The notes under the pieces were generated by a model. The model was given only the letters and a program-made list of their open reading frames with translations. It made no database searches and was not told where the DNA came from. This document shows positions 20,802 to 29,819 of a stretch of 64,000 bases of DNA, one piece after another (within the stretch, counting starts at the first letter, position 1; each line of letters opens with the position of its first letter). This DNA comes from Bdellovibrionales bacterium (GTDB lineage: Bacteria; Bdellovibrionota; Bdellovibrionia; Bdellovibrionales; UBA1609), in NCBI GenBank assembly GCA_965199825.1, contig OZ241329.1:2592001-2656000 (forward strand), given 5' to 3'. Both the position numbers and the translations under genes were made by a program.

Positions 20802-21305
20802 ATGCGAGCTGCTTTGATTTTGATTTTTATTTCGAGCGCGGTTGGTCACGCTCAGGTCTCTTCTGAAACTGTTCTTGGACAAGCTAAACATATGGCCACA
20901 GCGGGTGTGAGCTTTACTCCAGGTGGACTTGCGGTGGGTTTAGAATATGAAAATAATTTTGACCGCACCTACGGGCTTGGCGCTCAGTTGCGCATTTCGG
21001 CTAAACAAGATCAGCCTGCGGTTCCTGGCGTTACAGCTGTTGGTGGATTTGTGCGACCCCATTTTACCAGAGGCCCTTGGGATTTAAGCATTGCTCCAGG
21101 TCTTGCAATTTTGATGTTGAGTTCGCCAAATTCGCGAGCCGATGTGACTGGATTTGGTCCCACATTTTCTATGACGTTAATGTATCAAATGACCAACCAG
21201 CTCGCGATAGGTGCCGAAAATTATCATGCTTATGATTGGACCGGATCCGCGTATCGTGGACAAGTGTCCAACGATACCATGGCTCGCGTCCGTCTTAATT
21301 TTTAA
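20802..21305 (+). CDS. Small outer-membrane beta-barrel protein
   Basis: Signal peptide, amphipathic strands and C-terminal RVRLNF. Confidence 0.7.
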   Translation: MRAALILIFISSAVGHAQVSSETVLGQAKHMATAGVSFTPGGLAVGLEYENNFDRTYGLGAQLRISAKQDQPAVPGVTAVGGFVRPHFTRGPWDLSIAPGLAILMLSSPNSRADVTGFGPTFSMTLMYQMTNQLAIGAENYHAYDWTGSAYRGQVSNDTMARVRLNF

Positions 21306-23137
21306 TCTGCTTTTGCCAAAGCTTTGGACCAATTTTCGATTTGGTCCAAAGTTTTTAGTGAGGCATTGCTGAATGCAACTCCATAAGCTTTATTTTCAGC
21401 GCTCCACACAATTTCGCCTGCAACTTCGATCTGCTCGACACCGTCGGGACTGCTGATCTTCATGCTAACAATTCCACCTTTTTCGAGAAGGGCTTTGGTG
21501 TTGATCTGAACTCCACCCATCGAAATTGTGCTCACCGATCCAACAAGTTCATGATCCCCCATTTTGAGGCGAACTTCGCTGTTGAGTTGAAACCGCTCAT
21601 AGCGACGCTGATCTTTGCCATCTTGTTTGCGCATTCGTAAGATCATTACGATGGGCGCAAGAAGCATTGAGATTACCAAAATTTTTCCCAATGGATTTGG
21701 GGGATTGCCGCGGCCCTGATTGTTCACGTCAGTCGCCATTTTTTGGACGCGCCCGCAACCCGCGGCCGAAGTGGAATCTGCACTGGCAGGACTCCGCACA
21801 CTTGCGGCCGAGTAGGTCGGTTGAGTGGTTAACACTGCCGCATATTTCGCACCCGAAATGGAATTGAGAGTGTTCACACGCCCTCTTGAAATGACACTTG
21901 ATGCGAGTTGGGGTTGTTGATCGACCTGAGTCATCAAGATCGAGCGAATCTGATTGCCCAACATATGGGGGGCCTCACGCTTCATCAATGCGGCGATTCC
22001 GCTCACAAAGGGTGTGGCCATACTTGTTCCACTCATTGAGCCGTAGTAGCCGCCAGGAAGAGTACTGAGAATATAAACTCCTGGCGATCCCACATGCACC
22101 GAATTCATTCCAAAATTTGAAAAGCTTGCGAGATTGTCATTATCATCGGTAGCCGCAACCGAAATCACGTTGGGTACATTATAATTGGCAGGATACATAT
22201 CGGTGGTGTCATTGTTTGCGGCGGCATTTCCGGCTGCTGCAGAAAACACCATTCCATGCGTGTAGGTGGCCGCAATCGCGTCTTGTAGAGCTGCACTGTA
22301 AGCCGAGCCTCCCCAAGAATTGTTAACAATGGTCGCTCCATTATTAATGGCATAATAAATTGCGTTGATCGCATTGCTCGTGCTGCCAACACCATTTGAA
22401 TCCAAAAACTTCAATGGCATAATTCGAATTTTAGCTGGCGACATATGAGAGGAGTCGTAAATATTTTGACCCACTCCTAAAATGATTCCTGATACGTGAG
22501 TGCCGTGGCCGTCATCATCAAGCATTTGATTTGAAGCACTCACAAAATTCCATCCCACAACATCATCGATATAACCGTTGTGATCATCATCGATACCATT
22601 GTTCGCAATTTCGTTGGGATTCGTCCAAATCGCTCCTGAATTTACGAACACGGGATGAGTGGTATCAAGACCCGAATCAATCACCGCCACAATAGGTATC
22701 GATGACGATGTTGAAGTGGATTCGTATTGCCAAACTTGTGTCCCATTGATGGGAGCCCCAGTCATAGGATCACTTGTGGAAGAAGTTTGAGCCACCTGCT
22801 GCATTTGTGAATCAGAAAGTTTTTGGGGCTCGCCCGACGCCGCTTTTGAAACGTAGTAATTGGGTTCGGCGTACTCAACATCAGGATCATTATTTAAAGT
22901 GCTTAAAGTATTTTGTAAATCTTGGCCGGGCTTAAGAGCGTAGTGGTACATATTGAGACGATCCCACGAGGTTTTCATCACCATCGCTCGTCGGACTCGA
23001 GCCTTTGCTTGAAACGAATAGGCTGAGACTGAATCTGACGCGCCTTTAACTTTCACAATCACTTCGCCAGGGACGTAACCCAAATTTTGAGCAACCGAAA
23101 ACAGCGGAAAACAAAGACTCAAAATAAGGATGTAGAT
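21302..23137 (-). CDS. S8 subtilisin-like protease with TM anchor and C-terminal PilZ domain
   Basis: Catalytic triad VAVIDSG / HGTHVSG / GTSMATP and a propeptide (VPGEVIVK..VEYAEPNY). A TM helix precedes PilZ QRRYER..TISMGG. Start is either ATC 23137 (fits the RBS) or TTG 23122. Confidence 0.9.
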   Translation of the reverse strand: MYILILSLCFPLFSVAQNLGYVPGEVIVKVKGASDSVSAYSFQAKARVRRAMVMKTSWDRLNMYHYALKPGQDLQNTLSTLNNDPDVEYAEPNYYVSKAASGEPQKLSDSQMQQVAQTSSTSDPMTGAPINGTQVWQYESTSTSSSIPIVAVIDSGLDTTHPVFVNSGAIWTNPNEIANNGIDDDHNGYIDDVVGWNFVSASNQMLDDDGHGTHVSGIILGVGQNIYDSSHMSPAKIRIMPLKFLDSNGVGSTSNAINAIYYAINNGATIVNNSWGGSAYSAALQDAIAATYTHGMVFSAAAGNAAANNDTTDMYPANYNVPNVISVAATDDNDNLASFSNFGMNSVHVGSPGVYILSTLPGGYYGSMSGTSMATPFVSGIAALMKREAPHMLGNQIRSILMTQVDQQPQLASSVISRGRVNTLNSISGAKYAAVLTTQPTYSAASVRSPASADSTSAAGCGRVQKMATDVNNQGRGNPPNPLGKILVISMLLAPIVMILRMRKQDGKDQRRYERFQLNSEVRLKMGDHELVGSVSTISMGGVQINTKALLEKGGIVSMKISSPDGVEQIEVAGEIVWSAENKAYGVAFSNASLKTLDQIENWSKALAKAD

Positions 23138-23165
23138 ATGCCCCTCCCAGTATTGGTTCCAATAT

Positions 23166-23193
23166 TCATCGGACCAAAGTCAGGAGGAGTTGA
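23166..23193 (-). promoter_or_regulatory. Sigma28 (FliA)-like promoter of the protease gene
   Basis: Minus strand TCAA-N16-TCCGATGA, followed by a GGGAGGGG RBS. Confidence 0.5.
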
Positions 23194-23251
23194 GAGCAAA
23201 CAAGCTAAATATTTTGATAATTATTTAGCCAGTGTTTCAATTCGAAACACT

Positions 23252-24745
23252 TTATTCTTCTGAGGCAATCATTTCGGTACTGCGGGTAATATGCGCCTTT
23301 TTTTGCTCATTTCGATACCAAGTTTCAAAGATTTCATTGGAGCGTTTATCAGGCGGAGCCAATGCTGCTGGATCTTTTTTGGGTGGAGAATTTGTGATCC
23401 CTTTGACATCGACCACCAAGAACGATCCGCGATTTTGTACCAATTCGGGAACCAAACCTGAGCGGGTCTTGCGCTTGGCAATCTCATCAAAAACCGGAGC
23501 GGATTCACCAAGTAAAGGGGTAAAATTTTGCGACAGAGCAAGCTCCCCTGCCGATTCCATTTTTATACCCAAACTACTTAAGGTTTTTAAAACTTCTTCG
23601 CGATGATTTTCTTTTAAATTTTTCTCGATCTGTTTGATCACATCCTCAACCTGAGATTCGGCCCACATGTGTTGAGCGATCTGCTTTTCGACCTGTTCTA
23701 AATTTTGGGTTTTGGCGGGGTGATGATCTTTAACAAAGATCAGGTGATAACCATGATTGGTTTTGATCGGGTCGCTAATTTTGCCTTTTTCAAGTTGAAA
23801 GGCCGCATCCTCAAATTCTTTAACCATTTTGCCGCGAGCAAAAAAACCGAGCTCGCCACTTTTGGTTTTTGAGCCTTCATCTTCAGAAAATTTCTTTGCC
23901 ATCTCGCCAAAGTTTTTAACATTTACTTTAGCTGCTAAATCACGAATTTTTTCTTCGGCTTGTTTTTCTGAAGTTTTGTCGCCACTTTTAAATTTGATCA
24001 GAATATGCGACGCACTCACCTCCTCGGGTGAAGAATACTTGGTTTTGTTGTCGCTAAAATATTTGTCCACTTTTTCTTTGTTTGCTTTGAGATATTCATC
24101 GAGCTGTTGCGATTTTACCGGAATCTTTTCTATGATTTGTTCACGATTAAATTTGGCCACACTGAGATTTACTTTAAGGCTATCTGCCAATTTATTTTGC
24201 TCAGCTTCTTGAGGAATCGTTTTAAGACTATTCATAAAAAGGCGTTGCATCTCGGTGAGCAAAATCTCCTTACCCAATTTAGTTTCAAACGACTGAGGGT
24301 AAAGATTGTTGGCTTGTAAAATCTGATCATAGCGTTCACGCGAAAAATGACCGTCTTCTTGAAAAACCGGAATCGCCAATATTTTTTGGCGAATCTCACC
24401 GCTTGCGACTTTGAGGCCCTGTTTTTCAGCGCGCTGCGAGATGAGCTCAAACATGATCAATTCTTCGAGCGCGCGGGTCCTGATTGTTTTGTCAAAATAA
24501 GTGCGTTGCGCTTCGGGGAGACCTTCAAGGCGTGAGCTAAATTGCTCTTGCATCCGCCTGACAGCTTGATTGTAATCGGCAGAGGAGATCACAGCTTCAT
24601 TTACTCTTGCCGCCGCTCCTCCGGCCTGCATCATGCCGTTTCCTGGATTCATCCCAAAGAGGACGAACACCAAACAAATGGCGCCAAAAATTAAAGTGGC
24701 AAATATGCTTTTCGCTCGTCCGGGTTTGCGTAATCTTTCGAACAC
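23252..24745 (-). CDS. ppiD: PpiD-like periplasmic chaperone / parvulin PPIase
   Basis: N-terminal TM, a SurA-N domain and rotamase motifs ASHILI..FSEDEGS..GELGFF..MVKEFEDAAF..GYHLI. Start is GTG 24745 or ATG 24751. Confidence 0.85.
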   Translation of the reverse strand: MFERLRKPGRAKSIFATLIFGAICLVFVLFGMNPGNGMMQAGGAAARVNEAVISSADYNQAVRRMQEQFSSRLEGLPEAQRTYFDKTIRTRALEELIMFELISQRAEKQGLKVASGEIRQKILAIPVFQEDGHFSRERYDQILQANNLYPQSFETKLGKEILLTEMQRLFMNSLKTIPQEAEQNKLADSLKVNLSVAKFNREQIIEKIPVKSQQLDEYLKANKEKVDKYFSDNKTKYSSPEEVSASHILIKFKSGDKTSEKQAEEKIRDLAAKVNVKNFGEMAKKFSEDEGSKTKSGELGFFARGKMVKEFEDAAFQLEKGKISDPIKTNHGYHLIFVKDHHPAKTQNLEQVEKQIAQHMWAESQVEDVIKQIEKNLKENHREEVLKTLSSLGIKMESAGELALSQNFTPLLGESAPVFDEIAKRKTRSGLVPELVQNRGSFLVVDVKGITNSPPKKDPAALAPPDKRSNEIFETWYRNEQKKAHITRSTEMIASEE

Positions 24746-24867
24746 AATCATCTCCTCTTGAAAAGCTGATAGCTTGCCCAAATGCGCAGTCTTTTTTCAA
24801 GGAGAATTGTTGGAAAGTGAGTAAGAATTTTGCTAGCGTTGAAAACAGCTTGGGGGGCTTAGCAACT

Positions 24868-25701
24868 TTGAACTTCTTTACTTTTGATCTGCGTAAGGTT
24901 TTTTTACTTCTTCTTGTGGTGATTTTACCTCTGATAACCATCAATCTTCAGCGGAAATCCGACGAGACTCTTTGGTTTTTAAGACCTTTTACCTATTCAG
25001 CTGGACTTGTGGAACAGGCCTACTCCAGTTTTTCTTCTGGAGTGCGTGGCACCACAACTCTTTATCTTGATCTGATCAATATCAAACGCGACAACCGCAC
25101 ACTGCTCACCGAAAACCAAGAGCTACGGGCAAAACTTGGGACCATGACCGAGCTCGAAATGGAAAATAAAAGATTAAACACTCTTCTTGGATTTAAACAA
25201 AAATCGGCAATGGCTTTGCTTGCGGCAAAAGTGATCGGCAAGGATGCTTTAAGTGAGCACAACACCATCATCATTAATCGCGGTCTTGAACACGGAATTC
25301 GAAAAAATATGGCGGTCCTCACAGTGGGCGGCGTTGTGGGTTACATCTTTCGACCTGAAGCTCACTCCTCACAAATTATGCTTTTGACCGATCGTTACGC
25401 CGCCATTGATGCAATCATTCAGCGTTCGCGTGCTCGCGGAATTGTTGAAGGTCACTCGCGTGATGATTGCCGAATGCGCTATTTAAAACGCGATGATGAT
25501 GTAAAAGAAAATGATTTAGTTGTGACCAGTGGCTTAAACAATGTGTTTCCAAAAGGATTTCCGGTTGGAACAGTGACCTCCACCCGTCGCAGTAAATATG
25601 GAATGAGCCAAGAAATCGAAATCAAGCCTGCGGTAAACCCATTAAATTTAGAAGAAGTTTTTATTGTTCTCAATGCCAACCAAGAGGATTTTAACCCGTG
25701 A
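24868..25701 (+). CDS. mreC: Rod shape-determining protein MreC
   Basis: TM, coiled coil ENQELR..ENKRL, INRG..GI and VVTSGL..FPKGFPVG. Start taken at TTG 24868. Confidence 0.93.
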   Translation: MNFFTFDLRKVFLLLLVVILPLITINLQRKSDETLWFLRPFTYSAGLVEQAYSSFSSGVRGTTTLYLDLINIKRDNRTLLTENQELRAKLGTMTELEMENKRLNTLLGFKQKSAMALLAAKVIGKDALSEHNTIIINRGLEHGIRKNMAVLTVGGVVGYIFRPEAHSSQIMLLTDRYAAIDAIIQRSRARGIVEGHSRDDCRMRYLKRDDDVKENDLVVTSGLNNVFPKGFPVGTVTSTRRSKYGMSQEIEIKPAVNPLNLEEVFIVLNANQEDFNP

Positions 25702-26240
25702 GGATGAAGGGGTTTTGGCTCGCGTTAAATGCCCTATTATTTTTAATTGCCGGTTTTTTATGCTTAGGCCTTCAATGCTCTCTGTGGCTTCAAACTTTGG
25801 GTGGAACTCCTGCACCCCATTTGTGGATTCCATTTTTGGTTTACTTTGCGATTTATCGCCAACGCTTAGAAAGTATTTTGGGAATTTATGGAATTGCCGC
25901 AGCTTTGAGTAGTTTTTCGGCTGCACCTTTTGGACTGCTGCTTGTGGCGTGTCTATTAATTTATTTTGCGGTGGACACATTTAAACAAAGAATATTTTGG
26001 GGCGGGGTCGGATTTTTTTCGATGGTCATTGGAGCTGTGAGTTTTGGTTTGCCCTTTGTGATGCTCGCAATGTCTTGGATCTTTGATAAAAATGCGATCA
26101 GAAATTTTCCGTTAATCAATCCGATCATTTCCGCATTACTCACGATTTTATCGAGCTTTCCGCTGTACGGTATATTTTCAAAAATTGACCGGCTCACAAG
26201 TAAGGAGCTGCCAGCAGAAGCAGGCAGACAAACGTTATGA
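25698..26240 (+). CDS. mreD: Rod shape-determining protein MreD-like membrane protein
   Basis: Multi-TM protein located between mreC and mrdA. Confidence 0.7.
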   Translation: MRMKGFWLALNALLFLIAGFLCLGLQCSLWLQTLGGTPAPHLWIPFLVYFAIYRQRLESILGIYGIAAALSSFSAAPFGLLLVACLLIYFAVDTFKQRIFWGGVGFFSMVIGAVSFGLPFVMLAMSWIFDKNAIRNFPLINPIISALLTILSSFPLYGIFSKIDRLTSKELPAEAGRQTL

Positions 26241-28219
26241 GCAGCTACCTTACAAATTCAGAGGAAGAAGCGCGCGAGTATCAACCGCGCTACCGCGTAT
26301 TTTATATTTGCCTTGCTGTGGTGTCGTTATTAGTCGTCAGCCGACTCTGGTTTTTACAAGTCATCCAAGGCAGTGAGCTCAGGCGATTTTCAGAAAAAAA
26401 CCGTGTTAAGGAAACAAAAATTCCGGCTCCTCGCGGCCTAATTTTAGACCGCGAAGGAAAAGTTTTGGTCGATAATCTGCCCGGATTCGAGGCGACGATT
26501 TCACCCCAGTATGCCACTCATCTTGAGGCCACGGCCGAGGCCGTTGGGCAAGCCTTGGGAATTCCACCCACACGTATTGTGCAGGATGTGAAGCGCAGTC
26601 GTTACCGCAATGGTCCCTTTCGACCGGTCAAAGTAAAAGACAACCTGACGCTTGATCAGGTTTACGCTCTCAAAATGCTGCGTTGGGATAATCCTGGCCT
26701 CAATATCAACGAGACGATTTTGCGGCATTATCCTTTAGGCCAAGCCGCCTCGCAGGTTTTGGGTTACGTCGGTGAAATTTCTAAAGAACAACTTGAGCGA
26801 TTCAATCGTCATCTCAAAGAGGAAGAATTTTTTGAGCAAGGCGACATCATTGGTAAATCGGGTTTAGAAGAAATTTGGGATCAAGATATTCGCGGCACCG
26901 ATGGTGTGACGTTTGTTGAAGTCGATGCCCACGGCAGAGAAGCTGCCACAGAAACCGCTGCGGTCTTAGGCTTTCAACCGATCGATGCCTTACCCGGAGC
27001 AAACGTTGTGTTGACTCTTGATCGTGAATTGCAAGAAGCCGCTTTTAAAGCCACCCAACGCGATGATGCTTATGGCCACCGCATTGGTGGAGTGGTCGCG
27101 ATGAAATCCAATGGTGAAATTTTAGCGTGGGTCAACACTCCCTCGTTTGATCCAAATGAATTTGCTGCAGGAATTTCTGCAAGCATTTGGTCTAAGTTGG
27201 TTAACGATCCCTTTAAGCCTTTGCGTGATAAGGTGATTCAGGATCATTTTTCGCCCGGTTCAACCTTTAAGGCGATTGTTGCACTTGCGGCCTTGCAAGA
27301 AAAAATTGTGACACCTCAACAATATGTGTTTGCCCCCTCGTCGATCAAATTTGGCAACCGTGTTTATCATGATCACACCCAAACCGGTTTTGGAAATGTG
27401 ACGATCTATGATGCGCTTGAGAGATCCTCAAACGTCTTTTTTTATAAAATGGGAATTGCCCTTGGAATTGACCGCATCGCCACCTACGCTCGCGGTTTAG
27501 GACTTGGAACCCGCACCGGGATTGAACTCAACAACGAAGTTCCAGGCCTTATGCCTTCAACCGAATGGAAATTAAAAACGATTGGTGAAGAATGGCAGCC
27601 GGGAGAAAATTTAAGCAATGCGATCGGCCAAGGATTTGTTTTGGCCACCGCATTACAAATGGCGGTTGCTTATAATTCGATTGGTTTACTCGGAAAAGTA
27701 TTTAAACCTTTTTTGGTCAATCGATTGATGAATCAAGACAATCGGGTGCTCAAAGAATATCAACCAAAGCTTGTGAGAGATTTATCTGATCCAAAGTCTG
27801 AGGCCCATATTGATATTAAAAATTTTGAAGTGGTGCGTGAGGGTCTTCGCCGTGTGGCCAATGGTGAGCATGGAACAGCACGATTTTGGAAAATTCCCGG
27901 AATCGAAATGGCCGGAAAAACCGGAACAAGTCAGGTGAAGTCATTTACCGCTGATCAGATTTATAAAGATTGTATGTCTCGCCCTCTTCAAGATCGCCAT
28001 CATGGCTGGTTTGTGGCATTTGCTCCTGCGATCAATCCCGAGATCACGGTTGCGGTGCTTGCAGAACATGCCTGTCACGGCAACACTGCAGGCGCTCCCG
28101 TGGTCAGAGATATCATGCTCGCATACTTCAAAAAATATCATCCCGAGCTCTTAAAAATTGAGCCAAAAATTTTGCCACCTTCGGTACGCGGCCATGTTGA
28201 AACTAATGACGGAGAATAA
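26237..28219 (+). CDS. mrdA: Penicillin-binding protein 2
   Basis: APRGLILDR, GSTFK (SxxK), SSN and KTGT. Confidence 0.96.
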   Translation: MSSYLTNSEEEAREYQPRYRVFYICLAVVSLLVVSRLWFLQVIQGSELRRFSEKNRVKETKIPAPRGLILDREGKVLVDNLPGFEATISPQYATHLEATAEAVGQALGIPPTRIVQDVKRSRYRNGPFRPVKVKDNLTLDQVYALKMLRWDNPGLNINETILRHYPLGQAASQVLGYVGEISKEQLERFNRHLKEEEFFEQGDIIGKSGLEEIWDQDIRGTDGVTFVEVDAHGREAATETAAVLGFQPIDALPGANVVLTLDRELQEAAFKATQRDDAYGHRIGGVVAMKSNGEILAWVNTPSFDPNEFAAGISASIWSKLVNDPFKPLRDKVIQDHFSPGSTFKAIVALAALQEKIVTPQQYVFAPSSIKFGNRVYHDHTQTGFGNVTIYDALERSSNVFFYKMGIALGIDRIATYARGLGLGTRTGIELNNEVPGLMPSTEWKLKTIGEEWQPGENLSNAIGQGFVLATALQMAVAYNSIGLLGKVFKPFLVNRLMNQDNRVLKEYQPKLVRDLSDPKSEAHIDIKNFEVVREGLRRVANGEHGTARFWKIPGIEMAGKTGTSQVKSFTADQIYKDCMSRPLQDRHHGWFVAFAPAINPEITVAVLAEHACHGNTAGAPVVRDIMLAYFKKYHPELLKIEPKILPPSVRGHVETNDGE

Positions 28220-29353
28220 ATGGGAACTTTAAAAACGCAGCTGCAAGTCGAAGAGCGCACCCTGTTTAAACGTCTTGATCTGAATTTTGCCTTTGTCATC
28301 TTTGCTTTAAACTTAATTGGTTTAATCAATCTCTATAGCGCCACACATGGAGTTCATGTCGACGACAACTCGCGACTTTTTTGGCAGCAGCTGATTTGGC
28401 TTATGGGCGGATGGATCTTGTTTTTTGGTGTGACCCTTGTGGATTATCAATTTTTTTTTCGCGGCTCTTATGTGATTTATGGTTTAAACCTGATTGCACT
28501 CATCGCGGTCATGTTTATGGGCAGTATTGCTTACGGCGCTCAGCGCTGGCTTGATCTTGGATTTTTTCGCTACCAACCCTCTGAAACGATGAAGATCGCT
28601 TTGGTGCTAGTGATGGCGCGGACTTTATCGCAAAAGCAAAACATCGTTGGAAATCTTGGCTACAAAGATTTGATTTGGCCGGTTGGCCTTGCACTTGTGC
28701 CCTTTGGCCTCACCGCCGAGCAACCCGATTTAGGAACCGCCATGTTGTTGTTTTTAATCACTTTTGGAATGTTATTTTTTGTTGGCATCCGCCGCTCTAT
28801 CTTAACCACCGGTTTGGTCACAATATTGATTGCTGCACCTGTCATTTGGAATTTTGGACTTAAAGAGTATCAAAAAAATCGGGTACTCACTTTTATTTCT
28901 CCAGGGCGTGATCCAAGAGGCACCGGTTACAATAGCATTCAATCCAAAATTGCGGTGGGCAGCGGAAAGCTTTTGGGTAAGGGCTTTCGAAAGGGAACCC
29001 AATCCCAACTTGAGTTTTTACCCGAGCGTCATACCGATTTTATTTATAGCGTTTTGAGCGAAGAGCATGGCTTTGTGGGCAGTGTGACCACTTTTGGATT
29101 ATTTGTGGTTTTGTTTTTAATGGGAGCTCGCATTGCGTCCCAATCGCGCGATAAATTCGGATCACTTCTCTCCATGGGAGTGCTGACATATTTGTTTTTA
29201 CATATGACAATCAACATCGGAATGGTCATTGGACTGTTGCCGATTGTGGGGGTGCCGCTGCCGTTACTCTCTTATGGAGGATCGAGTTTTTTAACCACGA
29301 TGCTGGCGTTGGGATTGATCTCTTCGGTGAGCTACCGTCGATATTTATTTTAG
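28220..29353 (+). CDS. rodA: SEDS peptidoglycan glycosyltransferase RodA
   Basis: GAQRW, QPSE, QPDLGT, LPERHTDF and PLLSYGGSS. Confidence 0.97.
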   Translation: MGTLKTQLQVEERTLFKRLDLNFAFVIFALNLIGLINLYSATHGVHVDDNSRLFWQQLIWLMGGWILFFGVTLVDYQFFFRGSYVIYGLNLIALIAVMFMGSIAYGAQRWLDLGFFRYQPSETMKIALVLVMARTLSQKQNIVGNLGYKDLIWPVGLALVPFGLTAEQPDLGTAMLLFLITFGMLFFVGIRRSILTTGLVTILIAAPVIWNFGLKEYQKNRVLTFISPGRDPRGTGYNSIQSKIAVGSGKLLGKGFRKGTQSQLEFLPERHTDFIYSVLSEEHGFVGSVTTFGLFVVLFLMGARIASQSRDKFGSLLSMGVLTYLFLHMTINIGMVIGLLPIVGVPLPLLSYGGSSFLTTMLALGLISSVSYRRYLF

Positions 29354-29360
29354 ACATTAG

Positions 29361-29380
29361 GCCCCTTTTTAAAAAGGGGC
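29361..29380. terminator. Perfect palindrome between convergent rodA and trxA (probable bidirectional terminator)
   Basis: GCCCCTTTTTAAAAAGGGGC. Confidence 0.65.
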
Positions 29381-29389
29381 TTGATCGAT

Positions 29390-29716
29390 TTAGATATACT
29401 TTTGGAGCATGGCCACAATATTTTCTTTAGGGTGATTGCCCACAACTTGGTCCACGTTGCTGCCACCTTTAAATAAAATCAGTGTGGGAATTCCACGCAC
29501 ACCATATTTTGCTGGCGACTCCGGATTTTCGTCGATGTTCACTTTAATGATGCGCACCTTGTCTTTGAGCTCTTGCGCAATTTCTTCGAGCTTGGGAGCT
29601 AGCGCCTTACACGGTCCGCACCACTCCGCCCAAAAATCGACCAGCACCGGAGTGTTCGATTTTAAGACATCGTCTTCAAAGGTTTTGTCTGTTGTTGATC
29701 CGGTATTTGCGCCCAT
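29390..29716 (-). CDS. trxA: Thioredoxin
   Basis: DFWAEWCGPCK and VRGIPTL. GGAGG RBS before ATG 29716. Confidence 0.97.
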   Translation of the reverse strand: MGANTGSTTDKTFEDDVLKSNTPVLVDFWAEWCGPCKALAPKLEEIAQELKDKVRIIKVNIDENPESPAKYGVRGIPTLILFKGGSNVDQVVGNHPKENIVAMLQKYI

Positions 29717-29819
29717 TTTATCCTCCAAATGAAAAGGATTGAGCTTATTCCGAAATTCACGGCCAAACAAGGCTTCTGTCTATGGACCATTATCGAAAAT
29801 CTGCCGATAGGTAGAAGTC

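Noticed and set aside
24607..24867. N-terminal extensions in the ORF track (mreC, also lpxC, ald, trxA, ruvC, rimI-like, GNAT)
   Set aside because: They overlap neighbouring genes or precede the conserved N-termini, so downstream starts were chosen.
24746..24867. Absence of mreB before mreC as a loss of function
   Set aside because: mreB can be encoded elsewhere in this lineage, and one window cannot show absence.
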